Virus record (IMG/VR): IMGVR_UViG_3300009180_000039
Span: 6,243 to 70,242 of that record
Direction: 5' to 3' (one strand)
Origin: a virus
Length of the DNA: 64,000 nucleotides
Position 1 is the first letter of the stretch; each line of letters opens with the position of its first letter. The position numbers and the translations under genes were made by a program. The notes beneath the pieces are model-generated. The model made no database searches, was not told the DNA's origin, and worked only from the letters and a program-made list of their open reading frames with translations. Positions 38,459-47,240 of the stretch are shown one piece after another.

Positions 38459-38839
38459 TCAGGCATCTTGCTCCAGATACTCGACGTAGCTGATAAATGC
38501 CTCTACTTCCAATTGAACACAAAGCGTGTGTCCATTGTGGAAAATCCTATTTAGCGTATTCTTGTGCGTTCTGTTGGTGCCCTTCCAGCAATGGTGTCTA
38601 AGTGTCACCTCCTTGCGGGACAGCATAAACTCGAACGCCTTTTCAGGCGTCAACTGCTTCCAAATCTCCGCTTTGCGGAGCAGGGCGTAATGAGAAGCAG
38701 TCCAAGACGAGAACTCCCACACGGAAGCATTTCGCTCGTTGTCCAAGTACAGTTCCCCTCGGGCAATGCGTCGGTACTCACCGGCGTACTCGTAGCCCTC
38801 GGGTATGTCCAATTCAATCTCAATTTTCGTCTTTGTCAT
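38459..38839 (-). CDS. Hypothetical protein, GxEYxGEYR paralog family (copy 2)
   Basis: IPEGYEYAGEYR...LLRKAEIWKQLT.EKA.EF. Confidence 0.8.
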   Translation of the reverse strand: MTKTKIEIELDIPEGYEYAGEYRRIARGELYLDNERNASVWEFSSWTASHYALLRKAEIWKQLTPEKAFEFMLSRKEVTLRHHCWKGTNRTHKNTLNRIFHNGHTLCVQLEVEAFISYVEYLEQDA

Positions 38840-38842
38840 AGC

Positions 38843-39913
38843 CTAGTACCTCTTCTTTCGCGAAAGGGAAATGTCCAAATGAGTCATGTAATCAGTGTAC
38901 GCAGAAACTAGGAGCTTCTGTAGGTCAGGTTCCTTATTTTCTGCCAAAATCTTTTCGATGAAGGCATTTAAGTAGTAGCCCTTATCCCCGGTAAAGTCGG
39001 TCGTGTAACGACCCCCGGCAGGCACTAGGTACTTGTTCTCCTGTAGCCAAGCAATCGTAGAGCCGATGTTATCGATCCCGTAGGTCGGATAGAAGTGCTC
39101 CCGGAAGTTCAGCCTTAAACCGTTGACACGGTTCTTTCGCACCGTAATCTGGATCTCTTCGCCGATGGGGATTTCCTTGCCCTTGATGTCCTTCTTGATT
39201 TGACCGGCTATGGCCATTTCAAGTTCCAAGTGGCACCAGAACTTTAAGGCCCGGCCTCCGGGCACCACGTCCTTGGGCGAATACGGATTAGCTCGGTTCA
39301 CGTTGTCCCGGTGTTGGCTGACGCCAATCAAGATGCTATTGCTTTTGACTAGCTTGGGTACTGTCTGCCGGAGCCGGTTGCTGTGGATCTTACCATGCTC
39401 CATTCCATAGGAGCCATCGATATCCTTGTCTTGTGCCCGTTTCTTGATGTCATCGTCCAGTTTCTTAATGGCCGCGTGCGGCAACCAGGAATCCCAGGAA
39501 TCTACGATTCCAATGAACGGTTCGGACGCTAAAGCGTCCAAGGCGTCATAGAGGTGGTCAAGGCTGGGGACTTCCATAGCTTCGATCCTGTCTGCCATCT
39601 TCTGTCCGAAGAACTCTTCGCAGTCGAAGTTGGAGCCATTCTCACCGTCGAAAATGACGAGCCGGTGGTTATCATAGGCTGAATTGTTGGCGGCTTCCGC
39701 CATAAGTAACTTAGCATGGAAGGATTTGCCTGATCCCGAGTTTCCGTGGAACCATAGGAACATGCCGGGGGACACGGCCTTTCCGGGGGTTCCCGAGACA
39801 TGGATGTCCATAACATCGGACCCTAGGCTCAAGTTAGGCTCGGGCAGTGAAACTGCCGATGCCTCTAGGGATTCCATTGCTTCGTCTAGTTGCTGTATTG
39901 CTTTCTTTGCCAT
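38843..39913 (-). CDS. recA: RecA/UvsX-like recombinase
   Basis: Walker A GNSGSGKS, D.E, IVDS, SQ.R, GG.ALKF and KNRV motifs. Confidence 0.92.
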   Translation of the reverse strand: MAKKAIQQLDEAMESLEASAVSLPEPNLSLGSDVMDIHVSGTPGKAVSPGMFLWFHGNSGSGKSFHAKLLMAEAANNSAYDNHRLVIFDGENGSNFDCEEFFGQKMADRIEAMEVPSLDHLYDALDALASEPFIGIVDSWDSWLPHAAIKKLDDDIKKRAQDKDIDGSYGMEHGKIHSNRLRQTVPKLVKSNSILIGVSQHRDNVNRANPYSPKDVVPGGRALKFWCHLELEMAIAGQIKKDIKGKEIPIGEEIQITVRKNRVNGLRLNFREHFYPTYGIDNIGSTIAWLQENKYLVPAGGRYTTDFTGDKGYYLNAFIEKILAENKEPDLQKLLVSAYTDYMTHLDISLSRKKRY

Positions 39914-39918
39914 CTTAT

Positions 39919-40812
39919 CTAGCTCCCGTCTGTTGGATAAACTTCACAGGATTCAGAACATCCTGTTTGTAGGTCGTAATCTTGGTTCCAGTCTTTTTCG
40001 TAGTCAAAGTGTGGATCATCGAATCGCTTGAAGTTCCCTTCCTTTGCTTCTCGGAGTATGTCATCTGTGGTCAGGTGCTTACGGAAGAACCGCCTAACAC
40101 CGTCTTTACCGGCGGCACAATCGGCTTTGAATGTGCCGAATTCCTCTTCCATTCGCTTAGGGAAGTTGAAAACTTCCGGGTGATCTTGGGCCAAGGTGAG
40201 CAGCTTGCGATGATTCTTTTTCCAGCACCAGACGCAATTGCCCAAGTGCTCAGGTATCTTCAAATCCCACCCAAATTGGGACATATACTCGATGACCATT
40301 GGCTTGGTCCAACCCTCATCTGCTAGCGGATAAATCCACCTTTGCTCTTTGCGGCGGACAGAGATACGATCAAGTTCATCGGCCCGGATGCCAATTGCCG
40401 TATCGTAGTTGAGTCTCTTGCCTCTTAGCCATCCCCGCGAAGCGAGGTAGGATTCCATAACGTCTGTCTTCAGACGAGAAGTACATGAGGGATTAGTCAT
40501 GTTGGGAATCCCGTACTTGGCTATAACAGCGGCGAACGGTTCCCCGTTCCTTGCTGCTGTAGCGTAGTCTACGATTCTGTGGCTGATGCCCTCGCCCCGC
40601 TCTGGATGCACTTCAGCCTCCAGCCAGACAGTATTAAAACCCCAGTTCTGGTCGCAGGCATCAACAAACCGTAATGTGTCGGCATGTTCACATCCGGTGT
40701 TAGCAAAAGTTATAATGATCTCATGTGTGTCACCATACTTTTCTATCAATCTTTTAGTCATAACGGCAGAGGTTCTGCCGCCACTAAAACTAGCCGCAAT
40801 CTTCGGTCGCAT
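39919..40812 (-). CDS. PAPS-reductase-like (adenine nucleotide alpha-hydrolase) protein
   Basis: PP-loop SFSGGRTS, NTG.EH, CT..LK, GIRADE..R, NC..C..K motifs. Confidence 0.87.
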   Translation of the reverse strand: MRPKIAASFSGGRTSAVMTKRLIEKYGDTHEIIITFANTGCEHADTLRFVDACDQNWGFNTVWLEAEVHPERGEGISHRIVDYATAARNGEPFAAVIAKYGIPNMTNPSCTSRLKTDVMESYLASRGWLRGKRLNYDTAIGIRADELDRISVRRKEQRWIYPLADEGWTKPMVIEYMSQFGWDLKIPEHLGNCVWCWKKNHRKLLTLAQDHPEVFNFPKRMEEEFGTFKADCAAGKDGVRRFFRKHLTTDDILREAKEGNFKRFDDPHFDYEKDWNQDYDLQTGCSESCEVYPTDGS

Positions 40813-40831
40813 TTTATTCCTCTCTAGGTAC

Positions 40832-40858
40832 AAAAAATAACCCCGCTTTCGCGGGGCT
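40832..40858 (-). terminator. Intrinsic terminator after the SSB gene
   Basis: Minus strand CCCCGC-GAAA-GCGGGG-TTATTTTTT. Confidence 0.85.
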
Positions 40859-40878
40859 GTACGTCCAGCTACGCAGGA

Positions 40879-41721
40879 CTATTCCCAACCGGCATCGAAC
40901 GGAGCATCGTCCTTTGCCTTTTCCACGGCTGCGGCAACTGCAGCATCGGCTACGGGAGCATTAGGCTTAGGAGTGGACTTGGCTGCGGGGTCCGCAGCAG
41001 GTGCGGCGGGAGCCGCCACAAAGCCGTCAATGAAGCGAGCCTTCGCTTCGTCATACGGTAGCTTGTTCAGGGCCTTGTCCAAATCGACTGCACCTGCAAT
41101 CAGTTCAGGCATCTTGCCGTCAAAGCCATTGTGCGGCGAGAAGTCAAAGTCTGCTGCGACGTAGAACTTGTTCCGGTTGAAGGTATCTTCCTTCCAAGAC
41201 CAAGTAACATAGGAGCCCTTGTCGGGGGACATGAAGAACTTGGCGTTCTCTTGTCCTCGACGCTTGCTCTTGTTCTCAGCCGCCATACGCAGCACTGCTG
41301 CGAAGTTGGCGAAAGAGTGGTCAAGCACGTAAGGCTTGTTGACCTCTACGCCGTCGATATCGACCACAAAGAGGTTGAACAACGCTTTGCGTTGCGGAAC
41401 CAACTTGGCACCTGCCTGCTTAGCAAAGTCCCCGACTGGGCACTTCTCACCGAAAGTCTGGACGCAATCAAAGTAGGAATCCTTTTGCTCTGGTCCGAGG
41501 TTTCGGTAGAGGAAGTAATCCCGCATGAAGTGCATGTCGCCGGGCTTCTTGGTGCGTGAACAAGTTGTGATATATGGGACAATGATCGCAGTCATTGTGG
41601 ATTCGCGGTCGATCTTCAGCCGCTCTTTGCCTTGACCAATATCAATCGTAAAGTACATCGAGCCGGAACCCCGGCCCTCGGGGATGTCATCAAAGGACAT
41701 ATCTGACATAGTGTAGAACAC
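40879..41721 (-). CDS. Single-stranded DNA-binding protein (gp32-like)
   Basis: IVPY, C...FG.KCPV, Ala/Pro linker and acidic/aromatic tail DDAPFDAGWE. Confidence 0.78.
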   Translation of the reverse strand: MFYTMSDMSFDDIPEGRGSGSMYFTIDIGQGKERLKIDRESTMTAIIVPYITTCSRTKKPGDMHFMRDYFLYRNLGPEQKDSYFDCVQTFGEKCPVGDFAKQAGAKLVPQRKALFNLFVVDIDGVEVNKPYVLDHSFANFAAVLRMAAENKSKRRGQENAKFFMSPDKGSYVTWSWKEDTFNRNKFYVAADFDFSPHNGFDGKMPELIAGAVDLDKALNKLPYDEAKARFIDGFVAAPAAPAADPAAKSTPKPNAPVADAAVAAAVEKAKDDAPFDAGWE

Positions 41722-41745
41722 TCCTAAAGAAAGGCGGAAAGAAAA

Positions 41746-42132
41746 TTAACCTAGCTTACCCGAGAGCCACAATTCGCTCAGGTACTTGCAAGCGGAACGC
41801 TTGGCATCGAGAGCACTGCAAATTGCCTTTGCATTGCTTACTTCAAGACGAGCGGAAGCGTATTCTGCTTCAGCCGTTCGAACTTCTTCTTGGATCTCAA
41901 CTACGACCTTCACCGAGTCTTCCGTGATCTTGCTGATCCCGAAGTCGATTGGTGTTTGTCGCACGGTGATATTGACCTTAGCTCGCACGTAAGCGACCTT
42001 CTGCTCTGCAATATACTGTTTGTACAAGGCATCGGCAAGTACCCCTTCCCAATGGGCGATGTCATCCGGCAGCGTTTGTAGAACGCTCTCGATGTTTTCG
42101 CGGGTTACTGTAAGGTTGAGTTTCTCTGTCAT
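41746..42132 (-). CDS. UvsY-like recombination mediator
   Basis: 128 aa helical, KITE..V..., AL..K...L motif; next to SSB and RecA. Confidence 0.6.
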   Translation of the reverse strand: MTEKLNLTVTRENIESVLQTLPDDIAHWEGVLADALYKQYIAEQKVAYVRAKVNITVRQTPIDFGISKITEDSVKVVVEIQEEVRTAEAEYASARLEVSNAKAICSALDAKRSACKYLSELWLSGKLG

Positions 42133-42181
42133 AGGGTCTCCAATTATAATGTTGTGCTTGACACATTAGGTCACGCTGTAA

Positions 42182-43111
42182 CTATACACCGTTCTTTGAC
42201 CAGATAGTCGAACATTTTGCTAAAAATCCTGGTTTCTTAGAATCGAAGAATGGTGTAACCATTCCCTCGATCACATTGCGAGCAGGCACGCAGTTCTTCG
42301 CATCCTTCATGCAACTGGCTGCGTACCGCAGCAACATCCACCGAACTGCTTCCAGTTCTTCATCTTCTACGGCATCCACTAGGGCGTATACTTCGCCCCA
42401 CTTGCCAGCTTTGGGCCACATGAGCAACGAACACAGGGGGAAAGCATTATGCTTCTCGTCTACGCTATTGGCAAGGTCCGCTAACACGGACCTATCGAAG
42501 CCGCAGGCTTGCATCTGATTCAGGTACACCAGAGCGTTCCGGGCGGAACCTTTAGCTGCCTTAGCAATAGCTTTGAAGTCGTATTCCTTGTATTCGATGC
42601 TTTCGCAAGTAGCTACGCTCTGTATTAGCTTGACTAATTCTGCTTCGAATACTGCTTTAAGTTCGATACCCGTAATACGGGTCTTGATTGCCTTGTCGAT
42701 CTTTTCCGGTTGGCTGGTACACAGAAAGAAGTAGCAATGCTTCGGGGTATCCTCGAACAGCTTGAGCAGGCCCTGAAACGCTTGCTTCGAGAAGCTATGT
42801 GCTTCATCTAGGATGAAGACAGACACCTTGGACCCTAGCGGCTTCATAGCCGCATCGTCCCGTAGCTTCCGCACATCCTCTACGCCGTTCTTATCGGCTA
42901 CGTTGATCTCGTTGACCGACATAGCGGTCGCCCCTACTTCCCTAGCCATGATGCGGGCTAAGGTCGTCTTCCCGGTCCCTGGGGGACCATAGAAGCCTAA
43001 GACCTGTGGGACGCTGGAAGCGTCTAGGAAGCCCTGTAACTGCTTAACCGCTTGTGGTTGCCCGAATACGGTAGCTAAGGTGCTTGGTCGGTATTTAATG
43101 TGGTAGGTCAT
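42182..43111 (-). CDS. Clamp loader AAA+ subunit (DnaX/RFC-like)
   Basis: KYRP, GPPGTGKTT.ARI, LDEAH, LLK..E, T...KI...I.TR, G.AR.AL motifs. Confidence 0.92.
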   Translation of the reverse strand: MTYHIKYRPSTLATVFGQPQAVKQLQGFLDASSVPQVLGFYGPPGTGKTTLARIMAREVGATAMSVNEINVADKNGVEDVRKLRDDAAMKPLGSKVSVFILDEAHSFSKQAFQGLLKLFEDTPKHCYFFLCTSQPEKIDKAIKTRITGIELKAVFEAELVKLIQSVATCESIEYKEYDFKAIAKAAKGSARNALVYLNQMQACGFDRSVLADLANSVDEKHNAFPLCSLLMWPKAGKWGEVYALVDAVEDEELEAVRWMLLRYAASCMKDAKNCVPARNVIEGMVTPFFDSKKPGFLAKCSTIWSKNGV

Positions 43112-43713
43112 GCTAAGTTCCAGGCTTTGATGATCCGGGTTAATTGGGCAGCTAGCTCAGTTTCAGTGCCATTATTGAATATGATGAAGTCTGCGTCTTC
43201 CTTGACATCGTACTCTTCGGACTTGTGATTCGCTGCCTGTATCGGCACATCGTCTCGGTCAATGTAAACGATGATCCCGCCGCATGATCGGATGAAGTCA
43301 GCTTCGTTCGGGAACCGAACATCGGTGAACGTAAAGTTTCTGTTTGCTTTAGTAGCCCGCTCGGCAATGTTCACCCAGCAATTGTACCCATGCAGGTCTC
43401 GCCCGGCTTCGGTTCCGAAGCGTTGCATCAGACCCCGTAAGTCCTTGCTATTCCGCTTCGCGGAATCCCAGCCGATCTGATCTACGACCGTCTGTAATCG
43501 TGCAACGATTCCATTGTCTAGTTCAATCAGAGGGTTCAGAACATAGAGTCCGGCACGGACTGGGTTGGCAAAAGCCATTTGGATGTAGTCGTAGGCTAGG
43601 GCGAGTATCTCGCCACAAGTGTCTTTGCCTGAGCCTTGGGGTCCGGCGAAGCCGACCATTGGGGGTAGTTGCATTAGCTTTCGTTTCCTGTGTAAGCGGT
43701 TTTGTCGGCCCAT
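43108..43713 (-). CDS. Deoxynucleoside monophosphate kinase
   Basis: G..GSGKDT, FA..., MQ.FGTE.GR, TDVRFPNE, H.SE motifs. Confidence 0.92.
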   Translation of the reverse strand: MGRQNRLHRKRKLMQLPPMVGFAGPQGSGKDTCGEILALAYDYIQMAFANPVRAGLYVLNPLIELDNGIVARLQTVVDQIGWDSAKRNSKDLRGLMQRFGTEAGRDLHGYNCWVNIAERATKANRNFTFTDVRFPNEADFIRSCGGIIVYIDRDDVPIQAANHKSEEYDVKEDADFIIFNNGTETELAAQLTRIIKAWNLA

Positions 43714-45068
43714 GACACTGGTGAGACTTCAGTTTCAACCTTCAACGTAATTACCTGCCAAGGCCACGCTTCGCGTAGCTTTGTGGTCATGTACATGGTA
43801 CACATGCCCACGTAATCATGCAACTGATCTTTGTGGACAATTCCCAAAAGGCTATCGTGAACCTGACAGATTAGCTCGCAATCCATGCCGGTGCGGTCGA
43901 TCTCTTTCTGTATCCAAATCATGGACTGGAGCAGCGCGTGGTATGCCGTTGATTGTACCGGGTAGTTGATAATGCTGTTGCGACGTTCCACGCCTGCCCA
44001 AGTAAATCCTGTAAGATTAGTAAAGTACCCTCTGGCTAGGTATTGGTTATACCAATCTTTTCGCCACTTGCCATAGTCTTTGAACAAAACATTCCAGAAT
44101 ACTGATTCCATCTCACGTATCTTGGTAACAAAGGCATCGTCACCGTGGGACTCTATCCATTCTCCCTCGTTATGGTCAAAGTCGAGTCCTAGTCGCTTGA
44201 TGCCTTGACTAGCTAGTTGCTCGGACATGCCGAGTTTATTGACATCTTTCCACATCTTCAGGGCTATGTTACGGTAGTAGTCCCCGTACGCCAAAGAAAA
44301 GGAAAATCCTTTCGCGGATTGCCGTAGTTCCTTTGCTTTCTTGGGGTTCTCTTTGATGAACTCGTCGCCGAACATGAACGTCTGGCGGGCTATGTCCATG
44401 TGCATATCGTAATCTGTGTCCAAATAGCGTACCATAGTGGCGTCCTTGTGGTAGCTACATGCAATAAAGACTTCAAGATTCTTAAAGTCGATTTCGACCA
44501 GTACATGGTCTTTAGGGGGAACTATGGTCCCCTTAACGAAGTTAAGCAGGATTTTGTTCCTGGCAGGAAGGTTCTGTAAATTGGGTGAATCACTAGATCC
44601 TCTGAAACTCTTTACTCCGTGCAGACTGAAAAATCCCCGCAATCTTCCATCGATAGTGTCCCGCTTAAATGCCTGTAGATACGTTCCACGTATTTTGTGC
44701 ATCTTCTGCAACTGGATGTAGTCATCTAGGTAGTCATTGTCAATAGCATCTACGGCTTCCTCATCCATCACGTAACGGCCCGACTTGGGCGATTTAACGC
44801 CTCCTGGCACCTTCATGCAATCGAACAGGATCGTAGCAAGCTGGTCTCGGGAACCGAGAGAGGTTTCCTTGCCGTACTTCTTACGCTGTTCTATGTATAC
44901 AGGGTGCTTTTTCAGCTTGCTGGAAACATCCGAGATAGACTGATCGAGTAACTCGATGTTTCTATCAAGGCTTCTCTCGCACACGGGGAGGCCGTTAGCC
45001 TCCATTCGTGCAAGCATAATGGTTCCTTCTAGGAACAATCGGTGCGCAGCTTTGGTACTTGGTCTCAT
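43674..45068 (-). CDS. polA: Family A DNA polymerase, polymerase domain only
   Basis: ME.NG, PNLQNLP, motif A D...LE, motif B RQSAKGFSFSLAYG (Phe at the 762-equivalent), NYPVQS, motif C VHDS; starts MRPSTK with no exonuclease domain. Confidence 0.93.
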   Translation of the reverse strand: MRPSTKAAHRLFLEGTIMLARMEANGLPVCERSLDRNIELLDQSISDVSSKLKKHPVYIEQRKKYGKETSLGSRDQLATILFDCMKVPGGVKSPKSGRYVMDEEAVDAIDNDYLDDYIQLQKMHKIRGTYLQAFKRDTIDGRLRGFFSLHGVKSFRGSSDSPNLQNLPARNKILLNFVKGTIVPPKDHVLVEIDFKNLEVFIACSYHKDATMVRYLDTDYDMHMDIARQTFMFGDEFIKENPKKAKELRQSAKGFSFSLAYGDYYRNIALKMWKDVNKLGMSEQLASQGIKRLGLDFDHNEGEWIESHGDDAFVTKIREMESVFWNVLFKDYGKWRKDWYNQYLARGYFTNLTGFTWAGVERRNSIINYPVQSTAYHALLQSMIWIQKEIDRTGMDCELICQVHDSLLGIVHKDQLHDYVGMCTMYMTTKLREAWPWQVITLKVETEVSPVSWADKTAYTGNES

Positions 45069-45751
45069 TTGTTCTTTCTTTTGTATCGCACTGGGGTCGT
45101 AAGGGCTCGCTCTAACTCCCACCCAGCAGTAAGACGGGCACATAGAGCAGGATAGTTTATGCCTGTCTCCTCTGCCCATGCAACCATACACTGCGTCTTT
45201 CCGAAAGCCGTAAGCAGTGTATTGTTTCGGCGATTTCTAGCTTGTTCCGTATACGTTGCCCATTTACAGTTCTCTGGGCAATATCCTTTGTTTACATCTT
45301 TTCTATCAATGGTATGCCTAGCGGAGGGCCTTGGTCCGACATCCCGTAGAAAGGTTTCAAATCCTGTAAGAGGATCGGACCATTCCGAGCATACGGCAAC
45401 ACCTCTCCCGCCGTAGTCGTTCCATCCAATATCGTTAGCATTAGTGCATCTATGTATGATACAGCTCCATGAGCCATACTCGGGCATGTGGGAAAGCCCA
45501 TGTGTTCTAACTAAACCTCCGACTATTCCAGGTTGCAGGCATCCGCAACTCCTAGTGTTGCCGTTAGGTAGATGGTCCGCTCGTATTACTACTGCTTCAG
45601 GGTTTCCGCAAGAACAAGTGCATACCTGCCATGTTTTTACTCCCATTCGAAACCTAGGACCAAGGGTTGTTAAACGACCGAAAGTCTCTGGAACAAAGTC
45701 CTTGTAGTCACTTGCAATTCTGATCCCATGTACTAGAATGTACTTATCCAT
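45065..45751 (-). CDS. HNH endonuclease 1 (free-standing)
   Basis: GRLT, C.C.CG, SCGC, YGGRG..VC, IDR.D....Y.P.NC.WAT..EQ..N motifs. Confidence 0.9.
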   Translation of the reverse strand: MDKYILVHGIRIASDYKDFVPETFGRLTTLGPRFRMGVKTWQVCTCSCGNPEAVVIRADHLPNGNTRSCGCLQPGIVGGLVRTHGLSHMPEYGSWSCIIHRCTNANDIGWNDYGGRGVAVCSEWSDPLTGFETFLRDVGPRPSARHTIDRKDVNKGYCPENCKWATYTEQARNRRNNTLLTAFGKTQCMVAWAEETGINYPALCARLTAGWELERALTTPVRYKRKNK

Positions 45752-45845
45752 AGATGATACTGTCCTATCGTTTGTGGCTAGAAAAGCCAGTGGGGTACGA
45801 TCCACTGGCTTTTCGCATTGTAGCACATCTACTTGATTCTTGCAA
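45712..45845. promoter_or_regulatory. Convergent promoter / hairpin / antisense-RNA cassette of HNH1
   Basis: Minus TTGCAA-17-TACAAT (45845-45817); 13-bp hairpin 45781-45814; plus TTGCAA-16-TAGAAT (45712-45739) inside the ORF. Confidence 0.75.
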
Positions 45846-45849
45846 GAAT

Positions 45850-46158
45850 CTACTTCTTAGCCGTTCCACGGCTCCCAGGAACACTAGACTTACCGGAAAC
45901 AGACCCCCTAGTGCCGGTTCCCGGCAACTGGCCGCCTAGACGGCCTTGGTTGTCCTTAATTGTTACACGATTCCCGGACACCACTGCTGACCCTGTGATC
46001 CGACCGCTGGCATCTCGCACAGTGATCTTAGGTCCAGTAATCACCAGGGAGCCTTGCAGTCTCCCTTGGGTGTCACGGAGCGTGAAACGCTCAGCGGCTT
46101 GGATTGTAACTGGCAAAATGCACAGTAACGTAAAAAGGGTTACGATTGCAGTTTTCAT
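45850..46158 (-). CDS. Small secreted beta-hairpin repeat protein
   Basis: Signal peptide plus three (R/K)D..GR..G repeats. Confidence 0.7.
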   Translation of the reverse strand: MKTAIVTLFTLLCILPVTIQAAERFTLRDTQGRLQGSLVITGPKITVRDASGRITGSAVVSGNRVTIKDNQGRLGGQLPGTGTRGSVSGKSSVPGSRGTAKK

Positions 46159-46159
46159 G

Positions 46160-47239
46160 TTAGTATTTCTTACCTGCCACCGCTTTGCGGTTCTCTGGTT
46201 TGTGGTCGCTACGCGACGAATTGAACTTCTCTTTTGCTTCCATGATCGTGCCTAGCTCGATCCCAAGGAACCCGGCGAGGTCAAACACTCGGATCAACAC
46301 GTCGGCAAGCTCGACCGCAATCATATCGTATTCTGGTAGCTTGTCGTCCTTGAGGCCCCTTCGGTGGCCCTCTAGTGCCTCGGCTACTTCAGACACAACT
46401 AGGGCTAGCTTGGTTGGGACTACCAGCGGATTGTCCGCTGCATCCCACCAGCCTGTAGCTTTTTGTTTTTCGTGGATTGTCTTGCATAGGTCATTGATGA
46501 CCTCGGTGACTGCTGACTGGGCTAATTCCTTCTGCATCTTGCGAATGATGCCAACCCAATAGGATGCCCAGTATGCCTGTCCTTGCTTTTGTAGCTCGGC
46601 AACGGTGCTACCAATGCCACTGCGTACATCACTATCTACTACTCCGATAGCTTTCATGTATTGGTCCCCATCGACGAGTACCTCGTCCTCTGCTACATAT
46701 CGCCAGCCAGCAGGCGGATCAGGTCGAGTATCTACTGGTTCAGGGGCAAGAGCCGGTGGAACCGGCTTAGGCCAATCGAACCCGGTGCAGCCTACTAGGT
46801 GCAGAGCGATACTGTCCTCGTCATCCATGTCATGGTCTTCGATCCATAGACCTTTTTCCATGTAGGTTTCCACACAGCCATCCTCTTTTGCCATAACCAT
46901 AGGATAGGTGTCATGGTGTGTCCTGCTATTGCAATACAAACGCTCGTCTGCGTTCGTCTCGTACCATTGCCCCACTTCCAAGGTGCCGTTAAACGACACT
47001 ACGGCGGGGACAGGTGCTTCGAGTTCGACGAAAGCGTATTTCCATGTATCGGTCGGTCCTTGGTAGGGGGCAGTTCCGGCGATAATGCCCTCTAGTTCCT
47101 GACGACATGGGTATCCGATAGCTTCGCTAATGTCTTCAAGGTCGTCAAAGTACACTTCTTTTCCAATATCCCTGTGATCGGCAAGCCGATACTTCTTGCC
47201 TTCGTGCCAGTAAATCTGGGTCACTGTAGTTTGTGCCAT
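46160..47239 (-). CDS. Multi-domain protein with C-terminal MazG-like NTP pyrophosphatase
   Basis: KLAL..SE..EA.E...ELADV.IR..DL...K...N..R motif at the C-terminus. Confidence 0.85.
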   Translation of the reverse strand: MAQTTVTQIYWHEGKKYRLADHRDIGKEVYFDDLEDISEAIGYPCRQELEGIIAGTAPYQGPTDTWKYAFVELEAPVPAVVSFNGTLEVGQWYETNADERLYCNSRTHHDTYPMVMAKEDGCVETYMEKGLWIEDHDMDDEDSIALHLVGCTGFDWPKPVPPALAPEPVDTRPDPPAGWRYVAEDEVLVDGDQYMKAIGVVDSDVRSGIGSTVAELQKQGQAYWASYWVGIIRKMQKELAQSAVTEVINDLCKTIHEKQKATGWWDAADNPLVVPTKLALVVSEVAEALEGHRRGLKDDKLPEYDMIAVELADVLIRVFDLAGFLGIELGTIMEAKEKFNSSRSDHKPENRKAVAGKKY

Positions 47240-47240
47240 A

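Noticed and set aside
33943-45068. Split intein joining the exonuclease and polymerase halves
   Set aside because: No Cys/Ser-initiated N-intein at the end of the exonuclease gene and no His-Asn C-intein at the start of the polymerase gene.
45065-45845. HNH1 as a group I intron ORF interrupting polA
   Set aside because: The HNH gene has its own promoter and is ATGA-coupled to the polymerase start; the upstream gene is an unrelated secreted protein, so there is no 5' exon, and there is no room for a ribozyme core.
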